From Octopus sinensis (lineage: Eukaryota), in contig NC_043013.1 in NCBI RefSeq assembly GCF_006345805.1, positions 34,038,001 through 34,102,000 of the forward strand: a DNA stretch of 64,000 bases. Direction: 5' to 3'. Each line of letters begins with the position of its first letter. The stretch's first letter is position 1. The notes under the pieces were generated by a model. It was not told the origin of the DNA, made no database searches, and worked only from the letters and a program-made list of their open reading frames with translations. Made by a program: the position numbers and the translations under genes. Positions 25,994-38,784 of this stretch are shown piece after piece.

Positions 25994-26165
25994 TATAATA
26001 TATATATATACGACGAGCTTCGTTCAGTTTCCGTCAACCAAATTCACTTACAAGGCTTTGGTCGGCCTGAGGGTGTAGTAGAAGACACTTGCCCAAGGTA
26101 CCACGCAGTGGGACTGAACTGTGCCTGGGAAACAAGCTTCTTACCCCACAGCCACGCCTACGCCT
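25539..26165 (-). mobile_element. SINE family A (tail 25539-25685, head 26010-26165) with an insert in its microsatellite
   Basis: Both halves are reverse-complement matches in the correct order. The intervening (TA)n contains a unique segment of about 160 bp. Confidence 0.75.
25827..25867 (+). ncRNA. Minimal type I hammerhead ribozyme motif
   Basis: CCAC-CTGAAGA-T-TGTC atta GACA-T-GAAA-C AATT G-TA-GTGG: 4-bp stem I, canonical CUGANGA and GAAA, 4-bp stem II, palindromic stem III, GUA cleavage triplet (predicted cut after 25863). Confidence 0.8.
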
Positions 26166-26510
26166 TGGTGAAATAAGTTTATGAATTTAAGTTGGTATTG
26201 ATCTTTGTATAACTTTTCTTCTTAAATCTTCGTATAAATATATTTTTAGGCTGATCTCAACATTTTAGATGCAAATAACTTTTGCTATTAATGAAAGCTA
26301 ATGAAAGATTATTTTATATCAACAACAAATCTAATCACCCGCTCAATACCCTATAAATTGGATCCCTAATAGCAATCGTTTAGTAATACGTATTATTTTA
26401 ATGAGAGCATCATAACATCGTTTTCTTTTTCCAGATAAGCCAGCCACAACACAAAATCCAATCTAATGTTCCCACGAATAATATATATTTTGTGATTTAA
26501 TTCATGTAAA

Positions 26511-26850
26511 CAGGGGATTACTGTATAACGGACCCTTTAAGTTTTTCTACTTTTTATAACGAGTTCTAAGCAAATCAGTTGCAATCGCAGAAGTCATGAA
26601 AGTTCTAATCAAATAAAGGAAATGTTTTAGAGCTGGAAGAAAAATTAGCAATAATTAATACGCATGAAATTAGCACAGCGATGCTTTTGGCAAATTAACT
26701 GTGCATAATATTATTGAGAAGGCAAATACTTATAAAAAAAATATAAGACGAAGACTTGCGTCATCGTCAAAGTTCAAAACAAGACAGAAAAGCGCCGTAA
26801 TTATTGTAGTGGAAAGCATTTCGTCAATCTTGAGCTCTTAAAGGATTTAC
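26511..26850 (+). mobile_element. Tigger/pogo transposase 5' remnant (CENP-B-like HTH)
   Basis: LELEEKLAIINTHE then, after a frameshift, LTVHNIIEKANTYKK...SSKFKTRQKSAVII. Cagggg...gtataacggacc TIR-like start. Confidence 0.55.
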
Positions 26851-27215
26851 CAAATATTTTCTACTACTTTATTGGAAATCTAGTGGAAAAGCATGGGTTA
26901 TTTGAAAGTAGGTTAAAGAATTTATCCATGTTATTCAAAAACAACGATTGAAAGTTGTCTGAAGACAGTATGTTTTTTAAAAGTAAAAAAAAAAAAGAGG
27001 AAGAAACTGAAAAGTAGAATGGGAGACGGAGTTGAAGAAAAGAGGAACCGACCTCAGAATTGAAATGGTACTTTATTTATCAGCTCCGAAATTATGAAAG
27101 GTGAAGCTGACTTTGGTGCGATTTAAACTATGAACGCAAAGAAACAGAACACATACCGCAAGACATACTATCCTAAGTTCAAACGAACTAACAATTTTCT
27201 AGCATTCATACGCAT

Positions 27216-27606
27216 AGGCGCAGGAGTTGCTGTGTGGTAAGTAACTTGCTTATCAAACACATGGTTCCGGGTTCATTTCCACTGCGTGGCAACTTGGGCA
27301 AAAGCTTGTGAGTGGATTTGGTAGACGGAAACTGAAAGAAGACCGCCGTCTATATGCGTATATATATGTGTGTGTGTGTGTGTGTGTATGATGGTGTGTA
27401 TCTGTGTCTATTCCCCCCCCCCAACATCGCTTGACAACCGATGCTGGTGTGTTTATATCTCCGTAATTTGCGGTTTGGCAAAAGAGACCGATAGAATAAG
27501 TACTAGGCTTCCAAAGAATAAGTCCTGGGGTCGATTTGTTCGACTAAAGGTGGTGCTCCAGCATGGCCGCAGTCAAATGACTGAAACAAGTAAAAGAGTA
27601 AAGAGT
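27216..27606 (+). mobile_element. SINE family A, near-complete and CpG-retaining
   Basis: aggcgcaggagttgctgtgtggtaag head through to the gaaacaagtaaaagagtaaagag tail. Confidence 0.92.
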
Positions 27607-28113
27607 ATATACACATATGCTTGTGTGTGTATGTATGTAAGTATGTATATATGTATGTATGGATGGATGGATAGATGGAGGCATGCATGAATAAGTATGT
27701 ACGTATTTACACATTTCTCTCTTTATACATACAAACATACGTATATCAGAAAAAGTAGATCGAACGTCAAAATAACCACTGGAACGCAGAACTTAGGAAA
27801 ATCGCAAATAAAAATTCTCAGCTAGAAAACGCATTGCAAAATTCAGGAGATAAGAAACAAATCTTTCGTAAATTTTACTCAGTTATACAGATTTTGTTTC
27901 ACGCTATAGCATATGAAGTCTTTGTGGTCATTATAAGGCAAATATCTTGACTTCTCACAGCTCACATTTCTCCTGTATCAAATTATACTTCTCAATGACG
28001 ACATGATCTTCCACCTAAAAAATGATATGCAGCCAAAACCGAAAGGAAGTTGAACCAGAATTATTTTACCGTTATTTCAAGATCCTTCGTGGTAAATATA
28101 TTTTAAATATTGG

Positions 28114-28320
28114 TTTCAAATTATGGCACAAGGCTAGAAAATTTGGAAGAGGGTGGATGTTGATTACGTCGATTCCGGTTCTCATCTGGTACTTAATTTA
28201 TCGATCTCGAAAGGATGAAAGGCAAAGTCGATCTTGGAAGAATCTGAACTCAGAATGTAAACACGGACGAAATATCACTAAGCGTTTTTTCCGGCGTGCT
28301 AATGATTCTACCAGCACGTC
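28114..28320 (-). mobile_element. CORE-type SINE family C
   Basis: Reverse complement of the family C head and CORE segment. Confidence 0.85.
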
Positions 28321-29594
28321 TACCAATGCATTTTAAATATTGATAAACTGCAGGACTTATTTAGGTGTAATGGCATGAACGACAGTGTAATCACAACGAA
28401 ATTTCTTAACGAGAATCTTATGATAGATCCACAGGATCTGAGAAACTTTGATAATATTTTAATATGTAAAAGCTACAATGAAGATGAATACTTTTCGAAA
28501 ATACACAGTGTAAAATCAACAAATTTGTCAGAATAAAGACAATACTGTGTAGTTAAATTTTATACTGAATCAATTAATTATTGCTGCAAGCGGTCAAATC
28601 TGATCAATTTTCTTTTCAATACGTAGACGAGATTAATCTAAAATACATCTATTGCTCTCTAGATACAAACAGAGAATCTACCTCCGATCTGCAATCTCTC
28701 AGATAATACAGCTACTCATTAAACAGGCAGAAACAAACGAAAAATAGGATATGCGCAGCGAACGAGTTCCTAAAAATTTCACACAGAACTGGCAAATGTA
28801 GTGACATATTTACTACTTCGGATGTAGAAAGCAATTTTATTACAGTTACTGTAATATAAACTATATAGAAATTGTAATATACAGGTATGTATACACACCC
28901 TACGAAAAAAGTACCTTATATGCGAAAAGATTATTTAGAGAAATTATCATTTTCCACAAGGACAAATATATGGATCTTCTACTCGTATCAATATTTGTAG
29001 TGTGTGATATGGATAGAATGAAAATAATATTCTTAACATGAAGCTTTCAAACTCGGAAACCACAGAATTAATGTTTCTCTAAAAACTGATATAATATACA
29101 AATTTCAATATAAACACGAAAGTAGCAAACGTTATAACTCTACAAACTGATACATCGGGACATATAATATTTGACATTATACGTCGCTATAAGGAAACAT
29201 TTTCGCATATAACACCGAACAAGAAATAAAACCATCTTGTATAAAATTATATGAATCAGAAACAGTATCACATTCCCTTGAGACATCGACCTACCTAGAA
29301 AACTACCGATTAATTAGCAGCAACATAAACCTACTAGAGGATCTCTAAGGCTAACGGACGAAGACTAACCAACATACGATCGTTTGACTACTACAAAGAG
29401 TAGCTATATCTGATGTTACAGATATGTTTCAAGGAAAATCCCGTGATTTTGTTCAGTCAGTATCATTTCTAATTTTTATGATGATGCAGACTAGTTCGAG
29501 AGAGAACTGTTATTTCAAACTGCTTCGAAAATTGATGACCATATTCATCAATACTGTTTACTTTATCGTATGATATCTATAACTCCATTCAGAT

Positions 29595-29630
<36 letters not shown>

Positions 29631-29883
29631 CATACATACATATATACGCATATATACATACATACACATACACACACGCATATATATGTAAAATATTAAG
29701 AAACCAAGTACCTGTTGACAAGTCCACGCCTCCGCTGCACCACAGTGTTTTTATAGCATCTCACCCGCGAGGCACCGATGCACGATGGGTCGAAACGATC
29801 GTAGTGAACAATAAAGAATCTCGTGAATTCCATTTTCTTTCTCTCATATATATATACATGTATGTGTGTTTGTGTGTTTGTGT

Positions 29884-30050
29884 ACGACGGGCTTCTTTCA
29901 GTTCCCGTCTACCAAATCCACTCACAAGGCTTTGGTCGACCCGAGTCTATAGCAGAAGACACCTGCTCAAAGTGTCACACAGTGAGACTGAACCCCGAAC
30001 CATTTGGTCGGTAAGCAAGCTTCTTACCACCCCTGAACCACTCCTGCACT
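29884..30050 (-). mobile_element. SINE family A head
   Basis: acgacgggcttctttcagtttcc...ccactcctgcac, reverse-complement match. Confidence 0.85.
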
Positions 30051-30442
30051 CATATACATATATATACAGACACACACTTGCACACATTAATAAATGGAAC
30101 AAGAGTTATGTAATCCTTTCCGTTATCTTAGAGTACTTTCTAGTATAAAAAAACACCTATATAGTCAGAGTTGAGTGTTAGTGAGATATCTTATAGCTTC
30201 CTGAAACCCACTTCAAGGCCGTATTTCGTTGTTACGGAACACAATTGAATATACGAACACTGTGAAGTATAAGTATGTTGAATTCTAACAGCTGGTTGCT
30301 GGTGCCGTTATTACTAAGTGGAACAAACATATACAAATACATACGTATATACATACATACATACATACATACGTACATACATACATACGTACATACATAC
30401 ATACATACATGCATATATATGTGTGTGTGTGTGTGTGTGTGT

Positions 30443-30620
30443 ATCGTTAGCTCCTACACGCATTTTTTTCTCTCCTTGTTTTTTTCTGTGTATCTTTCTG
30501 TCGAAGAGCGTAGGCACGAAACGTAAAGACTTTCTATTCCTGAGCGCTATACTAATACATTTGTTTGTACTCCACCTGCCTTCGTCTTTTGTTTATATTT
30601 CGAAAAAATTTCCCTTTATA
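30443..30620 (+). mobile_element. pLTR-like short repeat family with a hammerhead-like motif (copies at 44688-44880 minus and 55565-55770 plus)
   Basis: Shared gaagagcgtaggc(t)cgaaacgt, ctaatacat(c)tgtttg and cttcgtcttttgttt blocks. All copies abut (TA)/(TG) tracts. Confidence 0.7.
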
Positions 30621-30959
30621 TATGCATATATATGTATCTATGTATATATATAATATATATATATATATATACCTATACATATTGTGTATATATATATATA
30701 TATTATAATATATATATATATATATATATAATATATATATACATACATACCTATACAAATATATATATACAAGCACTCAAAGTTGGATCTCCTTGAAGTC
30801 GGATTTTTGTAGATCTTCATAAAATAAATAATCTTGTTACATACCACATCTTAGCATTACTTTCTGATGATTCATTGTAGAGATAAAACCTAATTTTTGT
30901 CCCCGATGTGTTACCTTTTGTCATAACGGAAATATTTTGTTTCTAATTCTATGGTTGTT

Positions 30960-31193
30960 TTTAATGATACTGGTGATTGTGGTGGTCGTGGTGGTGGTGG
31001 TGGCGGTGGTGGTGTTTGTTGTTGAAAGAGGTGGATGAGAATGGGGTTGATGACGAAGATGAAGAAGCATGTAATTGGGAAAAATATGGCTATATGAAGA
31101 TCTTGTATACGAATTAGACATTTAAAATTAAAGATACGCTTCTGGAAGATGATGGCGAGTATGATTACGGCAACGACAGAGGAGACGGGAGAA

Positions 31194-31224
<31 letters not shown>

Positions 31225-32716
31225 AAGAAGAAGAAGAAGAAGAGAAGAAAAGAAGAAGAAAGAAGAAGAAGAAGAGAAGAAAAGAAGAGAAGAAGAAGAA
31301 GAGGAAAAAAAAAAAGAAGAAGAAGAAGAAGAAGAAGAAAGGAGAAGAAGAAGAAGAAGAAGAAGAAGAAGAAGAAGAAGAAGAAGAAGAAAGAAGAAGA
31401 AGAAGAAGAGCAGATTTGATGAGAGTGGTATTGATGAAGACGAGGGCTACGATGAGGATGCTGAAAAATGCTGCTGATGATGATGGTGATGATGAAAGCG
31501 ACGATGATAATTGTGACATGATAATGCTAATGACAACAGATGCCAAAATTTGTTCCTTAAGGAAGTTCGTCAACGATTAGAAATATCATTCACCGCCACC
31601 CCAACACCATTATACACACACGCGCATATACACACACATACATATACACATAGATGCACACATAAACACATGCACGTACACATTTCTTCTCTTTCCTTTC
31701 TTTCTTTCTTTCTCTCATTACCGCCCATCGCGATGCCGAGATCAATGCAATAATTGAACGATCAATACACATTAAAAGAAAATTATTTAATTACTCGCCG
31801 ACAGACATCCTTCATCATCATCATCATCATCTTCATCATCGTCATCATAATCATCGTCATCATCATAATCATCATCATCATCATCATCATCATTGCCATT
31901 TCCATCGAACCGCGTTCGGAATCAAAAGGATGGAAAAATCTTGTCAAACAAGAGATGCAAGCAAACTGTTGCAAAGGAATCACAAAAGATTTCTGAAGGA
32001 AACGGTAAAAGATGAGAAGCTAAGAAAAAGACTGGAAATTCGAGGAATCAAATGAACCGATGGTAATTGCAATGGGAGGGGGTTGGTGGGATGGGGGTTG
32101 GGGTATGGGGGTTGGGGTGGGGCTGGGTGCTGATGGTGGTAGTGGCGACGGTGGCGTTGGTGATGCTGCATGTAGGGTGTTGGTTGTAGCGGTCGTAAGG
32201 ATTGGAGCAACACTAATAAGAACGATAATATTCATGGCAATGCTGTTGCGGTTGCCGATGATGATGATGAGGATGATGATGATGATGATAAAGATCGTAG
32301 CTTTGATAGCGGTGTCAGTGGCGATGAAACATAAATGACGACGGTGGTGGCAGCAAAGGTAGTGGTGGTGGCAAAGGTGGTGGTGGCGGCAAAAGTAGTG
32401 GTGGTGGTAAAGGTGGTGGCGGTGATGAAAACCGCGATGGACTTAGTTGGTCGTAGAGAGACAATGATGTGGTTGAAGGTGTGGGTTGTGGTTGGAAAGG
32501 CGATGATAAGCATTTCTAAATAAAGCACAAAAAGCCTCAGAGCTATGTGTGTGAAAGAGAGAGGGGGAGGAGAGGATAGGAGAGAAAAGGACGAAGAGGA
32601 GATAGAGGAAAAGTCAAAGACAGAGAGGGAAGATCAGAGATTGAGATTGAGTGGGAGGGTGAAGAGCGAGAGAAAGGATAGCTACAGAAAGAGAGAGTGA
32701 TAGAGACACAGTGTAT

Positions 32717-32747
<31 letters not shown>

Positions 32748-32941
32748 GTACAAAGTTTAGCAGCAATAGAGACAGAAAGAGACGGACAGAGATAAAAACA
32801 GCGATGAAGTAAGAGAGACGAAGAGACAGAAAGAGGAAGAGAGAGAGAGAGAGAGAGAGAAATGAAAGAAAGAAAAGGAAACAGGGCTTGAGACAGAGAT
32901 AGTAACAGAGGGGACGATATAGAGGGATAAAGAATAAGGTT

Positions 32942-32977
<36 letters not shown>

Positions 32978-33420
32978 TAGAAAGAGAAAGAGAAAGAGAT
33001 TGTCATACATGACTTTACTTTAGGCAATCACGAATCAAAACTCGGTCACTGATTCTATTAGCTGCTGCACAAAACGCAATGATGATGGTGATGATGAAGG
33101 CGACGACGACGACGACGATGACGACGTCGATGATGATGAGGAAGAGGGGGAGAGGAGGAGGGGGAGATGGAAGAGATGATGATAGAACTGTTGGTGGTGA
33201 TGGTGATGATGGTGGTGACGAAGATGTTGATGTACTGTTAATGAAGATGACGACGACGACGATAGTGACGATATCCTTGAAGATGATTACGATCATAAGA
33301 TCGATGATGATGATGACGACGACGACGACGAGACTGACTGAGTTGTTGCTGTTGTTGTTGATGATGACGACGACGACAATGCTGATGATTACGACAGCGA
33401 CAATTATAACATGCTTGTAT
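30960..33420. repeat. 2.5-kb patchwork of simple repeats: (GGT)n, (GAA)n, (CAT)n, (GAT)n, (GA)n, (GAC)n
   Basis: Direct reading. Accounts for all poly-amino-acid ORFs listed in this interval. Confidence 0.95.
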
Positions 33421-34791
33421 CATATATTTGTTTCACGTCGGAAGGGAATACAATGTCCAAGATCCACTTGCTGGGTCTCCGAGACTATCGGGAGTAAGAT
33501 ATCCGCAAACCGGATACTTGCACCAGAGTGGATTCTGTTAAAGGCGCCAAGGTACCCAGTGGTAGTATTAAACCGAGCTGATGATGACGACAATGATGAT
33601 GATAAAAAAGGCAAAAACAAAATGTGACGCGGTTTTCAAAATCTCAGTGATGTGTAAGCAGTGTCGTTTTGCATATGCGCCTTAAGATGTGTGGTAATTA
33701 AAGCGTCTTTGTGATTGCTGTCGTTTAAGTCTGCCCCATCATGTCACCTTGATAAAACAAACCTATCTTCAGGGGAATGTTAGAACATCATGAGCAGCCG
33801 GTTTATTTCAGTATGTATTTAAAGATAGCGCACCCAGAATTATATATTGTCAATATTTAAGTTACTATCAAAACTCAAAGGGTATGGTTTGGGAGTGGTT
33901 AACTTTCTATTTCTAGCAACTCAAATGACCACGGTAAAGACTCAAATCGCTAGCTCCTATGTCTGTTTGTATGTGTCAGTTTCACACACTTGGTTTCATC
34001 AGGTCCACTGCAAACTTCAATGGTAATAATAGAGTATATATACAATAGTATTTTTCTATTTATGTATATGTATGTATAATTTGTTGATAATATAATGATA
34101 TTGATATACATCTCTACTTTTTTTATTCTTAAGTATGTGCGAATGTATATATATGTGTTTGTTTTGTGTTCTGTTCTAGTATTTCTTTTAATGCCATTGA
34201 AATCACCCAAACATTTTGTATGTACACATCTCTTTCCCTCTCTCTCTTTCTCTCTTTTCTCTATAGGAAGAGACAGATGTATGGATAATCGGTCGAGTGG
34301 AGAAGAAGAACGAATTAAATAACATTTATGATAAATAAATGTTTATTATTCTCTTCCTACCGTTTTGGTTTCTTTTTTCTCCTAAAATATTGTCCATATA
34401 TACATAAACACACATACATATATATATGCACATACGCACACTCATACATGTACATGTGTGTATGTGTTTATACATACATATGCATGCACGCATGCACACA
34501 TATATACGCAGACATTCATATATACAAATACGGTATTTTGTATTTCTGTTTTTCAATCATCACAACTGTTTTGAAATATATAGTTTAGATTTTTCACTGT
34601 TGCTTCTTACATTAAGATACCAATACAGATTTGCATGGCACACCTTTAACATTAGACACCCATCACTTGCTAAATATAGGTTATGCTACTGCAATGTAAT
34701 CTCTGATATCCAACTTGTTGATAGAATTCAAAAGTTGCAGTAAAAATTATGATAGCAGTAGATATTTGTATAGCACATCATTGCCATTAAG

Positions 34792-34875
<84 letters not shown>

Positions 34876-37527
34876 TGTGTGGTGTGGTGTGTGTGTGTTT
34901 GAGCGTGTGTACGTGAGTGCATGCAAATATACATATGTACATACATACATACATAGATGCATATGTGTGTGTGTGTTTAAAGGTGTCTTATCACGGTAAA
35001 AATCATGCCAGCATATTTTACACTTCCCATTATTTTATTGCATTGCATGAGAACAAACAAAAATTGTATCAGCATTATTCTTTTGACAGAACCACCGAGA
35101 CCAGTAGGGGAATAAAAGCAGAAAGAGCTACGTCCCCATTGTTATTTTTGTAGTCTAGTCCAGAGTCAGCCATATTCGTGGAGATCTTTCATTAAAGATA
35201 TCCAAGCCATGACAATCAGTCTAAATGGGGCCATCTCAAAATATATTATTCAATTTTTGTTTAGAAACATTAAGATGTGATTTCATAGTAATTTTCAGCG
35301 GGGTCAAGTGGCAATATAATTTGGTATATCACATCAGTTTTTACCTGATTACAATAACGACTAATGGGTTATTGCAGTAAGAATTAATTTATTTAGTAAG
35401 TTAATAATGCCTGTAAAAGAGCGCACTCCGCGAAAGGAACCTTGAGAACAATTCTTATTAAATTGAGTAAGGAAAGAAGGTATGTTGCTCTATATACTTC
35501 GATCTAGACTTCTCGATTAGTGAGATTCATTCATAGACTTGGTTTGACCCAAGGATATGATAAAGTCAGTTTCCCAAAGTATCTCTCAGTAGAATCAAAC
35601 CCAAGTCACGTGATTGTGAAGTGAAATTTTTAGGTGTGCAATCACACTTTTATTCATATTAAACTAATGATCATATGCTTTACATTTTCCTAAAATGATC
35701 AGTTTCTCCACGGTTGTCCTATGTCTTTTCCGTGCACCTCAGCACTGCATACAACAATTTCTTTCATATATATAAGAATTGCAGATATAGTTGGAAACAA
35801 GTATCTAATCCTCAGAACTGCAATTTCAATTATTGTTAATTTATCGCATATACAATGAAACCAGGCATTTTAGAAATAATGGAAGGGAACAATGTAAATA
35901 GGAATAAACTAATAGAGGAAGAATAACTGGAATAGTATTTTCTGTCACTAATAAGACAATTGAAGTGTAAAAGTAAATAATTATATGCAGAGAAGTAAAA
36001 AGAAAATTTTTAGGAAATAATAAATTTACATAATTTTCTTAACAAAATTTACTTCTATCCTATTTAAGAATCCCTTTTATTAGATACAGTAAATGTTATA
36101 AACAGGTTCAAATATTTAACCATTTCTGAATTTATCATCAGTATATACGCTGGAAATTTCATGCTATATTTACGGTAAATGTATATGTGTAAAAAAAGCT
36201 ATCTTTCGATATTAATATCAGAGAAATATTCAGCAAAAATAAATGATATTGTGAGATTCTATATCTAAGCTATTTTCATACAAAGTTTCAATATATCTTT
36301 GGTGATTTTCACAGAAACGTCGAAGTAGTTTGTCCCCAGAAATGCTAATAAAAATGTAAATTATATAAGAAAGGGACACCAAAAGTTCTAACAATTTACC
36401 TTAGAAATCTGGTCCGAATTTAAGAAACTCAGATCGTTCGATGTAACTTCCAAATTATATAAGACACAATTCTCCCCACTTAAGAAACCCGATAGAGTCT
36501 ATTCGACCTCCAACCTCCAAATACATTAAATAATCTGAAAAAGATATTTACAGTGGAATTTCCAGTCCATTTTTCAAGCAGTATTTGTTGATGCTTCTCA
36601 GTATTATAGCAGAACGGACTTAAGGAAAATAATTTATGTGAATATGAAGATATTTCAAACACTCACAATTATCCCCTGGACAACCGAAATATCTCTACCT
36701 CTGTAGCTAAAATATCTTTTAAGCTGCTGTAAATTCATTTTCACTTGATTGGTCGAGCACCATGATATGTTTAATAGACATTCCATAAAAGTATACACTC
36801 TGCCATTCTTAATCTTGCACAATCTTCGGAGAATATGAAACAAAGCAAAAATTATGATTGCTTCTTTACCCCCAAATTAAAAATCTAATAAATGTGCATG
36901 TTAAAGCGAATGACTACTCACATGTAAGAGTACATCTAAAAGAATTATTAATAATAAAAAAAATATAAAACGGATACGGCATATAAATCTAATTCTGGAT
37001 TAATTTACATTTGGTTAAAACTAAGTATATTCATCATAAATATTTTCTAATTATCTCAGAAGCACTGTTACGTGCATATCCAAATATATATGGAGCCTTA
37101 AAAAATTATTATTTGCATTAAGACATTAAACGATAATTAATCTGTTTTGCCAAACTATTCAGCCATTCAAACGAGACATTTTTTCCCTTTGCCTCTCTCT
37201 CTCAATAGTATGAAATATGCTAAGATTTTTTTCTTCTTAATCGAAACCCTCTATTAATTTCTGGTTGTGAGCATAAATGCATTCGTGAAATGTGGAGGAT
37301 AGAGAATTGTAAATCTGAATGATTTTCTTTTCTGAAAAAGTAAACCCCATTGGAAATACGTATGATAATGTTATGAAAACACAAATCCTGTAATTTCAGT
37401 CTTTTCATAAAAATAATCAATTTCTTTTCTTCACTCAAATTAATTCGAATAATTCAGCACTCCATTACCCTTTGATAATCTAAATTTTAATTCAATTTCA
37501 TTTCTTTTCAAACTTTTAAAATGATAC

Positions 37528-37730
37528 TAAAAACCCTTTGGATACCAACCCACCCCCAAAACGCCCTTGGTCCTTTGATCCAAACTTCATGTTTTAAACT
37601 GATTCAAACGAAAACCTTTCAATAAAGTTTCAAATACTTAGTATAGACAAATTTATCATAATAAACTTTTCATAATTAATTGAAACAAAAGCAACGTATT
37701 TCAAAGGAAATATGGTAACAACAGGGCTGT
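37528..37730. mobile_element. Possible decayed piggyBac-like MITE
   Basis: Left aaccctttggatacca versus right tggtaacaacagggct (reverse complement agccctgttgttacca). Only a partial match, and no intact TTAA flanks. Confidence 0.3.
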
Positions 37731-38191
37731 GAGGTTTTGGATCCTTTCCCTTATCTTCCACTTGATTTAAAATGATTATTGTTGGTGTACATCTTTCAAT
37801 TGTTTTCTTTACAAATGTTCTCTGTATAATCTAATACTGTAAGTCACCCAACTATATTTTATATATTCATTTTCATGTATCACAAAACTTATATTTTAAC
37901 ACTTTGTTTATCTTACTAGTGTTACAGTAGACTGTTCCTTCCTTCATATATCTCTCTACACTGATCTCCTCCCTTTATTCTAAGTTCCATTATGCATATG
38001 CAATATTTTACCAGTGGTTTTCATTGCAATCTTGAAGATTCGACAGATGACATTGTAGTAACATATAATCCTGTAATGTTTTCAGTTTTATTTTATATTA
38101 ATCTACTCTTAGTGTGAAATCTTTTGTTAATAATATGTGTACTGCAATAAAATGATTAACACATACATACATACATACATACATACATACA

Positions 38192-38222
<31 letters not shown>

Positions 38223-38784
38223 TATATGCATAAATACATACATGAAAATATAATTTTATCCATGCATGCTTATATTCTCTTATGAAGAACGAGATAAACA
38301 TATGCATAGTACTTTATATGTATGTATGTATTTATCCTTATACCTATATCAATATCAATCTATCTATCTATCGATATTTGATAATTTACATTGAATCAAA
38401 CGATGTCTAGCATGGAATATTTTCGTGTGTGTGTATGTATGTATGTGTGTGTGTGTGTGTGAAAATATTCGATGCTAGACTTCGTTTTATTCAACATAAA
38501 TTTTCAATTTCAAAGTAAATATTAGGGATAAAATAACGTACCATAGTAGGGGACAAGTGACTTCTACTAAAGACCCAGGTTATCAAATACCTTGTAAGTA
38601 AATTTACTTGATGGAAACTGTGTAAAAGCTTGTAATATATTTTTAAAAAATGATAAGGTGGTGAACTGATAGAATTGCTAGTGTGCCCGAAGAACTGTTT
38701 CGTGATATTTTTCTTGTTATGTATGCAAATTTGGGGTCTATCTATGCTTGCATGCCAGTGTGTTTGCATTATGCATTAATACAT

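Noticed and set aside
30911-33627. Long poly-S/F/M/T/D ORFs (for example 30911-31573 and 33079-33627)
   Set aside because: They arise from trinucleotide and (GA)n arrays, are open in several frames on both strands, and show no domain content.
36536-36720. Apparent minus-strand gtgagt...tttttcag intron
   Set aside because: Splicing the flanking open frame leads to a stop within three codons.
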